DNA of 64,000 nt from an uncultured Methanoregulaceae archaeon (GTDB lineage Archaea; Halobacteriota; Methanomicrobia; Methanomicrobiales; Methanospirillaceae): NCBI GenBank assembly GCA_963841015.1, contig CAWJAX010000005.1:1-64000 (forward strand), in the 5' to 3' direction. A program made the position numbers and the translations under genes. The notes beneath the pieces were generated by a model. The model did no database searches, was not told where the DNA came from, and saw only the letters and a list, made by a program, of their open reading frames with translations. Positions 46,910 through 58,346 of the stretch are shown piece by piece; the first letter of the stretch is position 1; each line of letters begins with the position of its first letter.

Positions 46910-47223
46910 TGATATCAGTTTCTCCTTTTCTTCATGGTTATACTCAAGATATACGATCTTTGCATCAGGTCTGCGCCATCACGCATACTTACTGTACTGG
47001 TGCGGCGCACTCCTTATAAATAATAGTAGTGATCGCCGGATAAGGAAAAAAGGTTTGTGCTTTATTTCACCTTACAATCCGCTGTACGCAGATAATCCTG
47101 ACCTTTATTTACGCGCTCTGCTGGCAGAAAATCGAAAAAGTGTCATCCGGCAACAAAATTGTCCAACGCGCTTACCAGTGCCGGGAAAAAGGTATTACCT
47201 GATTGCAGCGAACCCTTCTCCAT

Positions 47224-48463
47224 ATGTCCTATCTGTCTAAAACTGATCCAGAAATAGCAGATATCATCGAGAAGGAGCGGCTCCGCCAGCAAAATGGTCT
47301 TGAGCTGATCGCGTCTGAAAATCTCGTTTCGCATGCAGTACTTGAGGCCATGGGGTCAATAATGACCAACAAATATGCCGAAGGATATCCCGGGAAAAGA
47401 TACTATGGAGGCTGCGAATTCCATGATATGGCAGAGAATCTTGCCCGTGATCGCCTGAAAGAGCTGTTCGGGGCAGAGCATGCAAACGTCCAGCCGCACT
47501 CAGGTACCCAGGCAAATATGGCAGTCTATTTTGCGTTCATGAACCTTGGAGATACTCTGATGAGCATGAAGCTCACCCAGGGAGGACACCTTTCCCATGG
47601 CTCACCGGTCAGCTTTACCGGGAAATTTTACAAAGTAGCCCAGTACAGCCTCGATCCCAAAACGGAAACACTGGATTATGGTGTAATTGAAGAGATGGCA
47701 AAAAAGGAAAAGCCGAAGATGCTTGTCTGCGGGGCATCTGCGTACCCGAGAACCATTGATTTTAAAGCGTTCCAGGAAATTGCAGATAGTGTCGGGGCAT
47801 ACTGTATGGCAGACATTGCCCATATCGCGGGACTTTGTGCAACGGGTGTTCACCCGAACTCGGTCAATGTCGTAAACTTCACGACTACTACAACACACAA
47901 GACACTCCGGGGCCCCCGTGGCGGAGCAATCATGTGCAACAGCGAGTATGCACAGCCAATTGACAAGGCTATATTCCCCGGCATGCAGGGGGGTCCGCTC
48001 ATGCACACTATAACCGCAAAAGTCTGTCTGCTTCAAAGAGGCGCTCAGGCCCTCGTTCAAGGAATACAATAAACAGATCGTAAAGAACGCACAGGTGCTC
48101 GCAGAGACCCTGATGAATCACGGGCTTCGGCTCGTTTCCGGGGGTACTGATAACCACCTGATGCTTCTTGACCTCACTGCACAGGGTATTACCGGACTTG
48201 AGGCGGAAAATGCACTCGGAAGAGCAGGCATTACCGTCAATAAGAACACAATCCCCAATGAAACCAAGAGCCCGTTTGTCACCAGCGGGCTGCGTGTCGG
48301 TACGCCGGCAGTCACTTCCCGGGGCATGAAAGAAGCAGAGATGCGCCAGATAGGGACCTGGATAGCAACAGTGGTAAAGGATATCAGCAACGAAGCGGCA
48401 ATCAAAAATGTGCATACCGGTGTGACTGCGATGGCAAGCAGATTCACCCTGCATCCCGAATAA
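47224..48463 (+). CDS. glyA: Serine hydroxymethyltransferase, bacterial/THF type (frameshift near 48022)
   Basis: Motifs [41 protein letters not shown] and GLRVGTPA. Confidence 0.93.
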
Positions 48464-48489
48464 AAAAATATGAACCAACGGACTCTCCC

Positions 48490-49338
48490 ATGACCACGAT
48501 CCTTGACGGGAAGAAAATTGCAGATCTGAGGCTGGAAGTCCTTAAAGAGGAAATTGCGGACTCCGGCCTCTCTCCCCGGCTGGCGACCGTGATTGTGGGA
48601 GCCGATCCGGCGTCACAGATGTATATCAGGATGAAACACCGGGCGTGCGGGCAGGTCGGAATAGGTTCTGTCGGGATGGAACTGGCGGGCGATGCAACAA
48701 CTGAACAGGTCCTGCAAACTGTCGCACAGTTGAATAATGACCCGGATATTCATGGTATCCTCATCCAGCTCCCGCTTCCAAAACAGGTAGATTTTGAGCG
48801 GGTAATCGCAGCAGTACACCCGAAAAAAGATGTGGATGGATTCCATCCGTTCAATCTTGGTCTTCTCTTTTCCGGAAGACCCCGGTTTGTTCCTTGTACA
48901 CCACAAGGGATCATGACACTGCTGGCGGAATACAGGATTGATCCTGCAGGTACCCGCGCAGTTGTGGTCGGGCGCAGTATCGATGTGGGTCGTCCGATGT
49001 CAGCACTCCTCACGAATGGTGATGCTACCGTCACTCTTTGCCATAGTAAAACAAAGAACCTCTCCATGGAGACCAGACATGCAGACATTCTTGTGTCCGC
49101 AACCGGCAAAGCGCACTTCATCACCATGGAGATGGTCAAACCGGGTGCGGTTGTTATAGATGTCGGCATCAACCAGTTGAACGGCAAACTGGTGGGGGAT
49201 GTGGACTTTGCGGCGGTTAGGACCATTGCATCCGCAATCACACCGGTGCCGGGCGGCGTTGGTCCGATGACTATCGCGACGCTGATGGAGAACACCTATC
49301 GTGCAGCGAGTCTGGGGATATGCGAACCTGTGTGGTAA
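48490..49338 (+). CDS. folD: Methylenetetrahydrofolate dehydrogenase/cyclohydrolase
   Basis: Motifs [22 protein letters not shown] and [11 protein letters not shown]. Confidence 0.95.
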   Translation: MTTILDGKKIADLRLEVLKEEIADSGLSPRLATVIVGADPASQMYIRMKHRACGQVGIGSVGMELAGDATTEQVLQTVAQLNNDPDIHGILIQLPLPKQVDFERVIAAVHPKKDVDGFHPFNLGLLFSGRPRFVPCTPQGIMTLLAEYRIDPAGTRAVVVGRSIDVGRPMSALLTNGDATVTLCHSKTKNLSMETRHADILVSATGKAHFITMEMVKPGAVVIDVGINQLNGKLVGDVDFAAVRTIASAITPVPGGVGPMTIATLMENTYRAASLGICEPVW

Positions 49339-50133
49339 ATAAGACTTGTTATAGGGGGTGACGCACCTGTCCGCGTGATGGGTGTGATCAACTGCAGCCC
49401 TGAGTCGTTTTATGCAAATTCCTATTTCCCGATCGATTTTGTGCATAAAACAGCAGTCGAAATGGTAGAGCAGGGTGCAGACCTTATCGATATCGGTGCA
49501 CGAAGTACTGCCCCCAATACCCAGGCCATCAGCGGAAGTACTGAAGCGGAAAGGATCGATGCTGCTCTCAGGGAACTGGACGGCAGCGGGATAACGGTCT
49601 CGGTGGATACCATGAATCCCTGGGTCCTCGATGTCTGTCTGAACCATGAGATCCATGCAATTAACGATATTTCCGGGCTCTCTTCCCAACGGTACACACA
49701 ACGACTTGCACAATCGGGGCTTCCTGCATTCCTGATGGCATCCAATAATCAACCAGGTGATGCTGTTGGACTGGATGCAACTCTCGCTGCGCTCAAAACC
49801 GTTGTAGCCCGGTGCGAAAATGCCGGAATTAATGACTACATCCTTGATCCGGGTATCGGGATCTGGACCCCTTTCCGTACCGTCGAAGATGACTGGACCC
49901 TCTGCCAGCATTTTGCTGAATTTGGGAAATTTGACCGACCGCTTCTTGCTGCGATCTCAAGAAAGACGTTTATCGGGGATCTTTTACACAGGGATCCCGA
50001 AGGTCGCCTCACCGGAAGCCTCGCGGTTACCCTGATGCTGCTGCAGAAAGGTGCATCGGTTGTCCGGACCCATGATGTTGCTCAGACACTTGATGTGATA
50101 CGGGTGTTCGAACGCATGGTGAAACACCCATGA
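49320..50133 (+). CDS. folP: Dihydropteroate synthase (probable indel near 49340 hides the true start)
   Basis: [36 protein letters not shown] and RTHDV; removing one A gives [21 protein letters not shown] from ATG 49320. Confidence 0.88.
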
Positions 50134-50906
50134 ACAGTTCGTTCAGGGTCTACGGGCTTCCCACCGGAATCATTACCATGGGCGATTCGATCGCCGAGCG
50201 TGTTGTTGCGGCAGCAGGGAAAACCTGTAGCGGTTTTAAGGATGGCGATATACTTGTTCTTGCCGAAACGGCTGTTGCAACGGCAGAAGGCAATGTAATC
50301 ACCCTTTCTACGATCACTCCCTCGGAGCGAGCACAGGAACTTGCAGCACGCTACCATATGGATCCCCGCACGGTTGAAGTCGTGCTCCAGGAGAGTGATT
50401 CAGTTGTCGGAGGTATTCCCGGATTTCTTCTATGTATGAAACACGGCACCCTTCTCCCGAATGCCGGTGTGGATGCCTCGAATGCCCCGCCGGGGTGCGT
50501 TACACCGCTTCCGGAAAATCCGGACCGCAGCGCACTCACCATCAGACATGCCATCGAAGACAAGACGGGAGCGAGGATTGGGGTGATTATCGCCGACAGC
50601 CGGACGCATGCCATGCGCCGTGGATGTAGTGGGGTTGCAATTGGAAATGCAGGGATAATCGCAGTCATCGATGACCGGGGCAGGAGCGACCTGTTCGGCA
50701 GAAAACTTGAAGTGACTCGGCGTGCAGTAGCAGACAACATTGCCTCTGCGGCGGAACTGGTTATGGGAGAAGCAGATGAGTGCATCCCCGCTGCGATTAT
50801 CCGGGGGTTGGGCATGCCCATTGTCGATCAAACCGGTATTGAATCAATTGCTGCAGAAGAGTGTCTGTTCATGGGTGTATTCCGGAAAAATGCCTCTTCA
50901 CCTTGA
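50130..50906 (+). CDS. cofE: CofE-family gamma-glutamyl ligase (F420-0:glutamate ligase or FolC2-like)
   Basis: Motifs PNAGVDASN, PENPDRSA, IIADS, DLFGRKL and LVMGEADE..P..IIRG. Confidence 0.85.
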   Translation: MNSSFRVYGLPTGIITMGDSIAERVVAAAGKTCSGFKDGDILVLAETAVATAEGNVITLSTITPSERAQELAARYHMDPRTVEVVLQESDSVVGGIPGFLLCMKHGTLLPNAGVDASNAPPGCVTPLPENPDRSALTIRHAIEDKTGARIGVIIADSRTHAMRRGCSGVAIGNAGIIAVIDDRGRSDLFGRKLEVTRRAVADNIASAAELVMGEADECIPAAIIRGLGMPIVDQTGIESIAAEECLFMGVFRKNASSP

Positions 50907-50965
50907 GCTATTTTCATGAATTCAGGGAATATTCCCGCAGACATCTTTAACTACGGCGGGTTTAT

Positions 50966-51610
50966 TCATGCCACTTCAGTTTTCTTTTCCTTCCGCTCCA
51001 CGCCGACCCGCCCTTTCTCCACAGATAGCACAAACCCAAGTTCTTCGAGGTAAGCACGGCTCTTACCTGTCCCGTGAATCAGCAGTTCGACCAGATCCTC
51101 TTTCTCATCGATATCCGTATGGAGCCGGAATGAATCGATCACTTCGCAGGAAAGTCCGGCGTCCTGTGCAATTTTTACATGCTTAAAAAAACTTGTACCG
51201 TAATAATCGACATGGAACCGTTGCGGTTCCCTGATGAAAATAACATTCGTCCCACCACCCCTTCCCGGGACAATCGCCATATCATTTTTGGTAGTAATCA
51301 CCCGCTGGATTGCCTGGGCATTGGCAAGGGGAAGGTCAGCCATTATTATCAGAATCGAACCCACTGACTGGGGAAGAAGTGAATTGAGCGTCTGGTTGAG
51401 ATCCGCATCGCTGACCGTGATCTGGATATCCTCGCTGTCAAATAATTCGGTGCCCACGATTACCGGACTGCAGTTCGCATCTTTTACTGCGTGGATCACA
51501 TCTTCCAGCATCGCACGGGCAAATACTTCCCTTTCGTCCTGGCTGAGCACACAGGAGAGCCGGGTCTTCGGGTTAACAAGCTTGAACGGGATCAGGGCAT
51601 GAGGGCACAT
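50966..51610 (-). CDS. cofC: 2-phospho-L-lactate guanylyltransferase
   Basis: Motifs PKTRLS, MADLP, GGGTN and DIDEKEDL. Confidence 0.92.
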   Translation of the reverse strand: MCPHALIPFKLVNPKTRLSCVLSQDEREVFARAMLEDVIHAVKDANCSPVIVGTELFDSEDIQITVSDADLNQTLNSLLPQSVGSILIIMADLPLANAQAIQRVITTKNDMAIVPGRGGGTNVIFIREPQRFHVDYYGTSFFKHVKIAQDAGLSCEVIDSFRLHTDIDEKEDLVELLIHGTGKSRAYLEELGFVLSVEKGRVGVERKEKKTEVA

Positions 51611-51721
51611 TTCATAGCGTGTTATGCAGTGAGATAAAAAAAAGATGCTGGTGTGCATCGGGACGGGAAAGCAAAGGGGAATAACCGCAGATATAACATC
51701 CCTCTTGTCGATAGTTTTGAC

Positions 51722-52216
51722 ATGGATAACCTTGCATTTACCGTGAAAAAAATGCCCGGGAAAATTATCATGGGGGTCCAGCGCAGGACTTCAAATGCAG
51801 ATGGGCGTAGTATCAAGGATATCCCCGCCTGCTGGCAGGATTTTTTCTCCCAAAACATGGCATCAAAAATTCCTCAACGCAAAGACACCGGCAATGTTTG
51901 CCGTGTATTCGGATTATGAGAGTGACTGGACTGGAGAATATCACTGCCTTATCGGGAGTGAAGTGACAAAGGCAGATAAAATTCCCACGGGGATGGCAGT
52001 CGTGCGGATTCCCGCCCAGACCTATGTGGTCTTCACTGCGGCAGGGCCGATGCCGGACGCGATCCTTTTGATCTGGGCGTCGATCTGGGGACAAAACTTC
52101 CACGGGCATATACCTGCGATTTTGAGCAGTACGATGCCCGGTTTACCCGCCCGGAGAATAAGGAGGCTGATATCTGCATAGCGGTTCATGAAGAGCAACT
52201 GAAATCAATGCAATAA
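51722..52216 (+). CDS. GyrI-like small-molecule-binding domain protein (frameshifts near 51875 and 52095)
   Basis: RTSNADG...IPACWQ, AVYSDYESDWTGEY, YVVF...GPMP and DFEQYD across three frames. Confidence 0.7.
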
Positions 52217-52380
52217 TTTCACCCGTGTTCCTTTTTTCTATCTGCCCTGATATCCACCTCACAACAGGGTTGACAAGGCATGGCAGCAGGGTTAAGCGAC
52301 ACTAAATTCTCACTGGCTGGTATGCCCCAACAGGTCATGCCGGCATTACCTTTCAATAGATAGGACGAGTATCTTTTCTC

Positions 52381-53370
52381 ATGCAGTCCCGCACTATCAC
52401 CTTCTCGCGGAATATATTCCTCCCTCTCACTACGGTATGCCGGAACCGTTGTGGGTACTGCTCATTCCGTACTCCGGTTTATAACGGATGCCTCATGGCA
52501 CAAAAAGACGTTGAAAAGACCCTTCAGAACGGGGCAGCACTTGGATGTACGGAAGCACTCTTCACATTCGGGGAGCACCCTGAGGAAGAATCTGGCTTTA
52601 CCGACTATCTCAAACGAGCCGGGTATGCTACTATTCTCGATTACTGCGAGGCTATGTGCAGGAAAAGTATCGGGTATGGGGTACTTCCGCACACGAACGC
52701 CGGTATCCTGACATGGGATGAGATGGAACGGTTGCGTACAGTAAATGCAAGCATGGGTCTGATGCTGGAGACGACCGCCAGGATCCCGGCTCATTTCAAT
52801 TCTAAAGGCAAGGAACCAGAAATCAGGCTTCGCATGATAGAGGATGCCGGAAAACTCAAAATACCCTTCACCACCGGCCTGCTTTTGGGAATTGGTGAAA
52901 CAATGGCAGACCGGGAAGAATCCCTCCGGGCTCTGCAGGATCTTCATAAAAGGTACGGGCACATTCAGGAAATTATCATCCAGAATTTTTGTCCTAAACC
53001 AGGGACACCGATGGCTCACCATCCGGTGCCGGGAACCAATGAAATCTGCTCTGTTATCAGGATGGCACGCGATATTCTCCCAAAAGATATCGCCATCCAG
53101 ATCCCTCCAAATCTCATCGATGCGTCCGTGCTTATCTCCTGCGGGGTGGATGACCTCGGGGGGGTCTCACCCCTCACTATCGATTATGTCAATCCGGAAC
53201 ACCCCTGGCCAGCGATTGACGAACTCAAAAAGATCGTCGGTAACGCCCATCTCCGTGAGCGACTCTGCATCTACCCGCAGTACATAAAAAGAGGATGGTA
53301 TCACCCCCATTTGCAACCCCTAATAAACCGGCTCGCACAAACTGTTAAGGCAAGGAGCAGTGGACTATGA
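52381..53370 (+). CDS. cofG: FO synthase subunit 1
   Basis: Radical-SAM CRNRCGYC, PHTNAG, SMGLMLE and DDLGGVSP.TID.VNPE. Confidence 0.93.
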   Translation: MQSRTITFSRNIFLPLTTVCRNRCGYCSFRTPVYNGCLMAQKDVEKTLQNGAALGCTEALFTFGEHPEEESGFTDYLKRAGYATILDYCEAMCRKSIGYGVLPHTNAGILTWDEMERLRTVNASMGLMLETTARIPAHFNSKGKEPEIRLRMIEDAGKLKIPFTTGLLLGIGETMADREESLRALQDLHKRYGHIQEIIIQNFCPKPGTPMAHHPVPGTNEICSVIRMARDILPKDIAIQIPPNLIDASVLISCGVDDLGGVSPLTIDYVNPEHPWPAIDELKKIVGNAHLRERLCIYPQYIKRGWYHPHLQPLINRLAQTVKARSSGL

Positions 53371-54098
53371 AGTGTAAGGATCTCCTGATTAAAGGTAAAG
53401 CAAAATCAGTATACGCCACCGATACAAAGGGCAAACTCATTGTTGAGTTCCGTGACGACATCACCGCATTTGATGGCGGGAAAAAAGATTTGCTGAAAAA
53501 TAAAGGGACCTGCAATGCGGAGGTTTCAGCATTCTTCTTTGAATATCTCGAACATAACGGGGTAAAAACCCATTTTTTCACCATGCTGGATTCTCACCAT
53601 ATGGTGGTAAGAAAACTCGAAATGATCCCGCTTGAAGTAATTGTGCGGAACATCGCTGCCGGCTCCATTGTCAGAAATTATCCGTTTGTGGAGGGGACAC
53701 CGCTTGACCCACCCCTGATCGTGATCGATTATAAGGACGATGTACGGCATGATCCGATGCTCAACGATGAGATTATTTTTGCCTTAAAACTCGCCACACC
53801 TGCTGAGCTAAAAACAATCAAAAAAGTGGCACTCGAAATCAACAGGCTTCTTTCTGCATTACTTGCAGCACAGGGAATCACGCTGGTGGATTTCAAAATA
53901 GAGTTTGGCAGGCAGGGAAAAACGATCTATCTGGGCGATGAGATCAGCATGGACTCCATGCGACTCTGGGACAAAAAAACCGGTGAGTCGCTGGACAAGG
54001 ATGTGTACCGGTTCGAGAAGGGAGATGTAATGGCAATTTACAACAAGGTAGCACAGCGGATCACAAAGCCGGGTAAAGAAACAGTAACAAAGGGTTGA
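53367..54098 (+). CDS. purC: SAICAR synthetase
   Basis: Motifs GKAK, FRDDITAFDG, IPLEVIVRN, DFKIEFG and LDKDVYR. Confidence 0.95.
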   Translation: MKCKDLLIKGKAKSVYATDTKGKLIVEFRDDITAFDGGKKDLLKNKGTCNAEVSAFFFEYLEHNGVKTHFFTMLDSHHMVVRKLEMIPLEVIVRNIAAGSIVRNYPFVEGTPLDPPLIVIDYKDDVRHDPMLNDEIIFALKLATPAELKTIKKVALEINRLLSALLAAQGITLVDFKIEFGRQGKTIYLGDEISMDSMRLWDKKTGESLDKDVYRFEKGDVMAIYNKVAQRITKPGKETVTKG

Positions 54099-54230
54099 TG
54101 AAAACGAGTAATTCCAGAAAAGTATCGACAGCGTTGATACCGGTGTCCGCTGAATTGAGCACAAAGACTAACGTCTTGAATCAAGAAACATATCATGAAA
54201 GAGAATATCATACAGACAGGGTCTGGTAGC

Positions 54231-54512
54231 ATGACAGAAGAAAATGCAGATGAAGAAGAGATGCTCAAATGGGCAAAAGGATATGCAAACAAGCAGGGAT
54301 GGGAACTCAATACCGATCAGAAACAACTTTCGACAGTTATCCGGGGGCTTGTTCGGAACAAAAAGAAGTTCGGAAGACCGTACTGTCCCTGCCGTCTCCG
54401 GAGCGGCGATGAGGAGAAAGACCTGGCGATTGAATGTCCCTGTGTGTACCATAAAGATGAAGTTTCCCGCGATGGACATTGTCATTGCAACCTCTATTTT
54501 AAAAAGAACTGA
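54231..54512 (+). CDS. Ferredoxin-thioredoxin reductase catalytic-domain protein
   Basis: YCPCR, CPC and CHCNLY motifs; start 54195 or 54231. Confidence 0.88.
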   Translation: MTEENADEEEMLKWAKGYANKQGWELNTDQKQLSTVIRGLVRNKKKFGRPYCPCRLRSGDEEKDLAIECPCVYHKDEVSRDGHCHCNLYFKKN

Positions 54513-54556
54513 TCATTTTTTTTACGAGAGTAATTCACCTGTTCTAGAGTTTAACC

Positions 54557-55063
54557 ATGGATGAACCACCTGTTACCACTGCTACCGGCCCGGTCACAGG
54601 TCTGCCACCGGTTCATGGCGAATCACCTGAGATACTCATTCTCGGGAGTTTTCCTGGCAGGCAGTCACTGCTGAAACATGAGTACTATGGGAACCCCAGG
54701 AATCATTTCTGGCACATAACAGAAGCCCTGTTTCTTGTTGATCGTCACCTTCCGTATCGTGTACGGATAGTACGGTTAATGGATCACCGCATCGCACTCT
54801 GGGATGTTGTCAGCACCTGCTCCCGGGAAGGGAGTGCAGATGCCCGGATTCAGGATCCTGTGTTCAATGATCTTACTGCTTTCCTTGCAGAATTTCCCTC
54901 AATTCACCTCATTGCCCTCAACGGAAGCTCTGCCGGCCGATACTATCACCAGCTGAAAATATCTGTGTCTGTCCCTGCTGTTGTCCTGCCATCAACAAGC
55001 CCGGCAAACACCCGTTACTCCCTTGGTGAAAAAATTAAGAAGTGGGAAATAATCCGCAGATAG
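54557..55063 (+). CDS. DNA-deoxyinosine glycosylase (UDG superfamily)
   Basis: Motifs LILGSFPG, YYGNPRNHFW, LWDV and LPSTSPAN. Confidence 0.88.
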   Translation: MDEPPVTTATGPVTGLPPVHGESPEILILGSFPGRQSLLKHEYYGNPRNHFWHITEALFLVDRHLPYRVRIVRLMDHRIALWDVVSTCSREGSADARIQDPVFNDLTAFLAEFPSIHLIALNGSSAGRYYHQLKISVSVPAVVLPSTSPANTRYSLGEKIKKWEIIRR

Positions 55064-55087
55064 ACAACCAACAATTAATAAAAAAAT

Positions 55088-56800
55088 TTATCGTCCCATG
55101 TGGAACTTCAGGAAAATAACGTGATATATTGCGTAGAATCCTACAAGCACGGCAAAGGTATAGCCGAAGATTGCAACCCAGTAGATATAGTCCGGAAGGG
55201 ATAGCGGGTGCGAAAGCAGTACAAGCGAGGACCCTACCACAAGGGAAGCCACGACTAGACCAAGTAAGAGCTTGTCGCTGGCTTTATCGAGAGACATCTG
55301 GAGTTTCTGGATATCGGTTTCAACGATCTCCAGCTTGAACGTCCCGGTTGAGAGCCGCCGGAGCATAAGGTTGAGATTACGGGGCATATCAAAAATGGCA
55401 TCGGCGGCGTCCAGAAAGGATACGGAGGCTCGTTTGAAATACGCAGCAGAAAGGTTTCGCGCATCAGCAAGCTTGGTAAGATAAGGTGTGACCTCTTTTT
55501 CGAAATTGAATCTCGGATCAAGCCGGATACCGATGTCAAGTACCATAATGAAGACCTTGAGCAGGAGCATCAGGTTCATAGGGACTTTCAGGCTATAGCG
55601 TCGCATTGCATTGGTCAGTTCGGTTACGACAAGCCGGAAATTGTATTGCGCAAGCTCGTCACTACCACCGAAATCATGCATCAGGATGTAAAGGTCGTCC
55701 CGCAGGGATTCACGGTCAGACTCATCAATCTCGATTCCGAATCCTTCGAGGGACCTGATCATGAGTTCAACGTCGTCATTCACCAGCGCAAAAAGGAGGT
55801 TTATGAATCCCTGCCGTTTTTCCGGACGCAGGATACCAACAATACCAAAATCCAGAAAGACGATGTTTCCCTCTTTTGTTACGAGAAGGTTACCAGGGTG
55901 CGGGTCACCGTGGAAGAATCCATCTTCAAAGATCATCTTGAGGTAAGCATGGAATCCCCGGACTCCGATTTCATGGGGGTCAAGACCCATCGTCACTATT
56001 GCTTCCCGATCATCAATCCTGACCCCTTCGACAAACTCCATGACCATCAGGTATTCAGATGAGTATTCCCAGTAGACCTTTGGGAAACGGATACCGGGAA
56101 CATTATGGAAGTTTCGTCTCATTCGGTCGGCGTTTCGGGCATCCCGGGTAAAATCGAGCTCTTTTACGATCTGATGGGCAAAATCATCCACCATGCCGAT
56201 CGGATTGTAAACCCGCGTTTCGGGAAATACTGTTTCGACACGCTCTGCCATGGATCGAAGAATGGAAAGATCCGTTTCGATAATTTCCCTGATTCCGGGC
56301 CTTTGTATTTTAAGGGCGACTCTGGTCCCGTCTTTCAGGATTGCGGAATGTACCTGAGCAATCGATGCGGAAGCAACCGGCAGTTCATCGACCTTCCAGA
56401 ACCAGTTTTCGCATTGGTTAAAACCTTCACAACTCTTTTCCAGGACCACCCGGACTTCTGAGAAAGGGACAGGTTTTGCATGGTCCTGCAGTTTTTTAAG
56501 CTGTTCAATCAGTTCCGGGGGAAGCAGTTCGGTCCTCGTGCTCATTATCTGCCCGAACTTAACAAATGTCGGGCCAAGTTCCTCGAGGGCAAGCCGCATC
56601 CGTTCGTACACCGTGGATGCATCGGGATCCTTCCCCTCGCCGGGAAGCCTGAACCGGGCTCGTGTGGGGAACATTGTTTCAAGCCCTATATTAAAACCAT
56701 GTTTGCCCAGTATGTCCACTATCTGTGCATACCGCGTGATCCGGTTAACCATGCGTATGATTTGGATGTCGTGATACTTAATGCGTGCTTTTTCCGTCAC
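55088..56800 (-). CDS. AarF/UbiB/ABC1-family atypical kinase
   Basis: LGPTFVKFGQ, ASASIAQVH, KIQRP, HGDPHPGN and DFG; C-terminal TM helices. Confidence 0.92.
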   Translation of the reverse strand: MTEKARIKYHDIQIIRMVNRITRYAQIVDILGKHGFNIGLETMFPTRARFRLPGEGKDPDASTVYERMRLALEELGPTFVKFGQIMSTRTELLPPELIEQLKKLQDHAKPVPFSEVRVVLEKSCEGFNQCENWFWKVDELPVASASIAQVHSAILKDGTRVALKIQRPGIREIIETDLSILRSMAERVETVFPETRVYNPIGMVDDFAHQIVKELDFTRDARNADRMRRNFHNVPGIRFPKVYWEYSSEYLMVMEFVEGVRIDDREAIVTMGLDPHEIGVRGFHAYLKMIFEDGFFHGDPHPGNLLVTKEGNIVFLDFGIVGILRPEKRQGFINLLFALVNDDVELMIRSLEGFGIEIDESDRESLRDDLYILMHDFGGSDELAQYNFRLVVTELTNAMRRYSLKVPMNLMLLLKVFIMVLDIGIRLDPRFNFEKEVTPYLTKLADARNLSAAYFKRASVSFLDAADAIFDMPRNLNLMLRRLSTGTFKLEIVETDIQKLQMSLDKASDKLLLGLVVASLVVGSSLVLLSHPLSLPDYIYWVAIFGYTFAVLVGFYAIYHVIFLKFHMGR

Positions 56801-56871
56801 AATCCCCGCGGATGGGCAGGAAAAAAATCATGGAGTCAGGTCCAGAAGGGATAACTCCTCAATCATTATTG

Positions 56872-58119
56872 TTATTCTGGTTTATGGAAAATGACAATCC
56901 GGTTTGTATTCGTGCCGGATGCCATATTGTTCACGCCCCATATATTGGAGGTTTTGGTGAATACCTGCTGGTTGATCAGCACTCCGTCACACCTGAACCC
57001 TGCTGCGATCCCGAGCGGGATGACCTGTTCTTCCAGGTGAATCGTCCGTTTTCTTACCTCCCCCACTTCAAACGCAACATAGCCCCCGACCCGGGTAATC
57101 CGGTAGAGCTCCCGGAATACCGACCCCATAACACCGGTCCACTCATCCAGAGTCCGGGCCATCGTAATCTGCTCCCCAATCGCTTCCTCGTGTTGACCGT
57201 TAAACCAGAAGCGGAGCCAGTTATCCTCCCGGTACTGGACGATATCAAGAAACGGGGGTGATGTCACGGTCAGCTGTACGCTGGCTTCCGGAATGTCGGG
57301 TGTTGAACGAGCATCCCCGGTGAGAAAGCGGGCTTTTTTTCCTGCCCGGTTAAGATTCTTCTTTTCTCCGGGGGATAGTGAACGTAACAGGCTCTTTGTC
57401 TTGTCCAGAATAAGTCGGTGGGTATCACGGTAATCGGGGATCTGCTGGCGTTTCCGGTTGATCCGTTGCTGGCTCTGCTGTGATACTGCCTGGTTTGGCG
57501 GCAGGGTATATACGGAGAAAAATCCCTTTGAGTGACCAGTGAGCCGGTTCGTCGCCACCATCGCAATCCAGCGGTCAATCATATCATCCCTGCAATCTGA
57601 TTTCCGGTTCAGGAGATACTGCTTCAGGGCCACAATTTCTTTCTCGGTATCGGGATGGTAAAACATGGAGAGATCGATGGTTGCCCCTTCGCTGTCCCGG
57701 GGGATGGTAGTAAGACGTTTGTCAACGCCTGCAATATCAGGAGGAAAGAACCGTGGTTCCATCATAATCCGGGAGAGGGGATTTGCATCGTTTGCGAGTA
57801 CATCACGTCCGGAAAGGCCCGCTTCGATGAGGGTTGTACCACGACCACTGAATGGATCGTAGACAACATCACCTTTCCGGGTCAGGATATCGATGAAAAA
57901 ACGGGGAAGTTGTGGTTTGAAGCATGCACGATACGATATCTCATGGATTGAAGATGCCTGCCTTTGCCGGGAGGTCCAGAATTCATTGGTATACTTTGGG
58001 ACGGTAACCGGTCCGATTACCATATCCTCAACGACTGTGGGGATAGCGGCATGGCTCACGAATTCGCGAAGATACCGGTTCAGGGTATCTAGGGGTAAAG
58101 GAGATCTGCCGGACACCAT
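56872..58119 (-). CDS. Amino-type (m6A/m4C) DNA methyltransferase, apparently orphan
   Basis: Motif I DPFSGRGT and catalytic TSPPF; start uncertain (the ORF extends to 58302). Confidence 0.8.
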   Translation of the reverse strand: MVSGRSPLPLDTLNRYLREFVSHAAIPTVVEDMVIGPVTVPKYTNEFWTSRQRQASSIHEISYRACFKPQLPRFFIDILTRKGDVVYDPFSGRGTTLIEAGLSGRDVLANDANPLSRIMMEPRFFPPDIAGVDKRLTTIPRDSEGATIDLSMFYHPDTEKEIVALKQYLLNRKSDCRDDMIDRWIAMVATNRLTGHSKGFFSVYTLPPNQAVSQQSQQRINRKRQQIPDYRDTHRLILDKTKSLLRSLSPGEKKNLNRAGKKARFLTGDARSTPDIPEASVQLTVTSPPFLDIVQYREDNWLRFWFNGQHEEAIGEQITMARTLDEWTGVMGSVFRELYRITRVGGYVAFEVGEVRKRTIHLEEQVIPLGIAAGFRCDGVLINQQVFTKTSNIWGVNNMASGTNTNRIVIFHKPE

Positions 58120-58346
58120 AGCTAAGGGTAGGTTGGCGGACGAAGGTATAATGCTGGTGCCCACCAGGTCATGATAGGGATGTGCCGGCACCAATACACG
58201 GACCAGGGAACACGGGGAGGCTGGTGCAGGAGTAAAACAACACTGCTCTGCCAATATCCGACTCTGGGGTAAATACTGGATCCCGGGAAAGTTACGGATC
58301 AATTAAAAAAGAGACACTTGTACACTTTCAGACGAATCGGGAAGGA

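Noticed and set aside
46968-47012. Imperfect hairpin TGCGCC...GGCGCA upstream of the smc operon
   Set aside because: It abuts the TATA-like box, so it is probably only partly transcribed, and the pairing is interrupted
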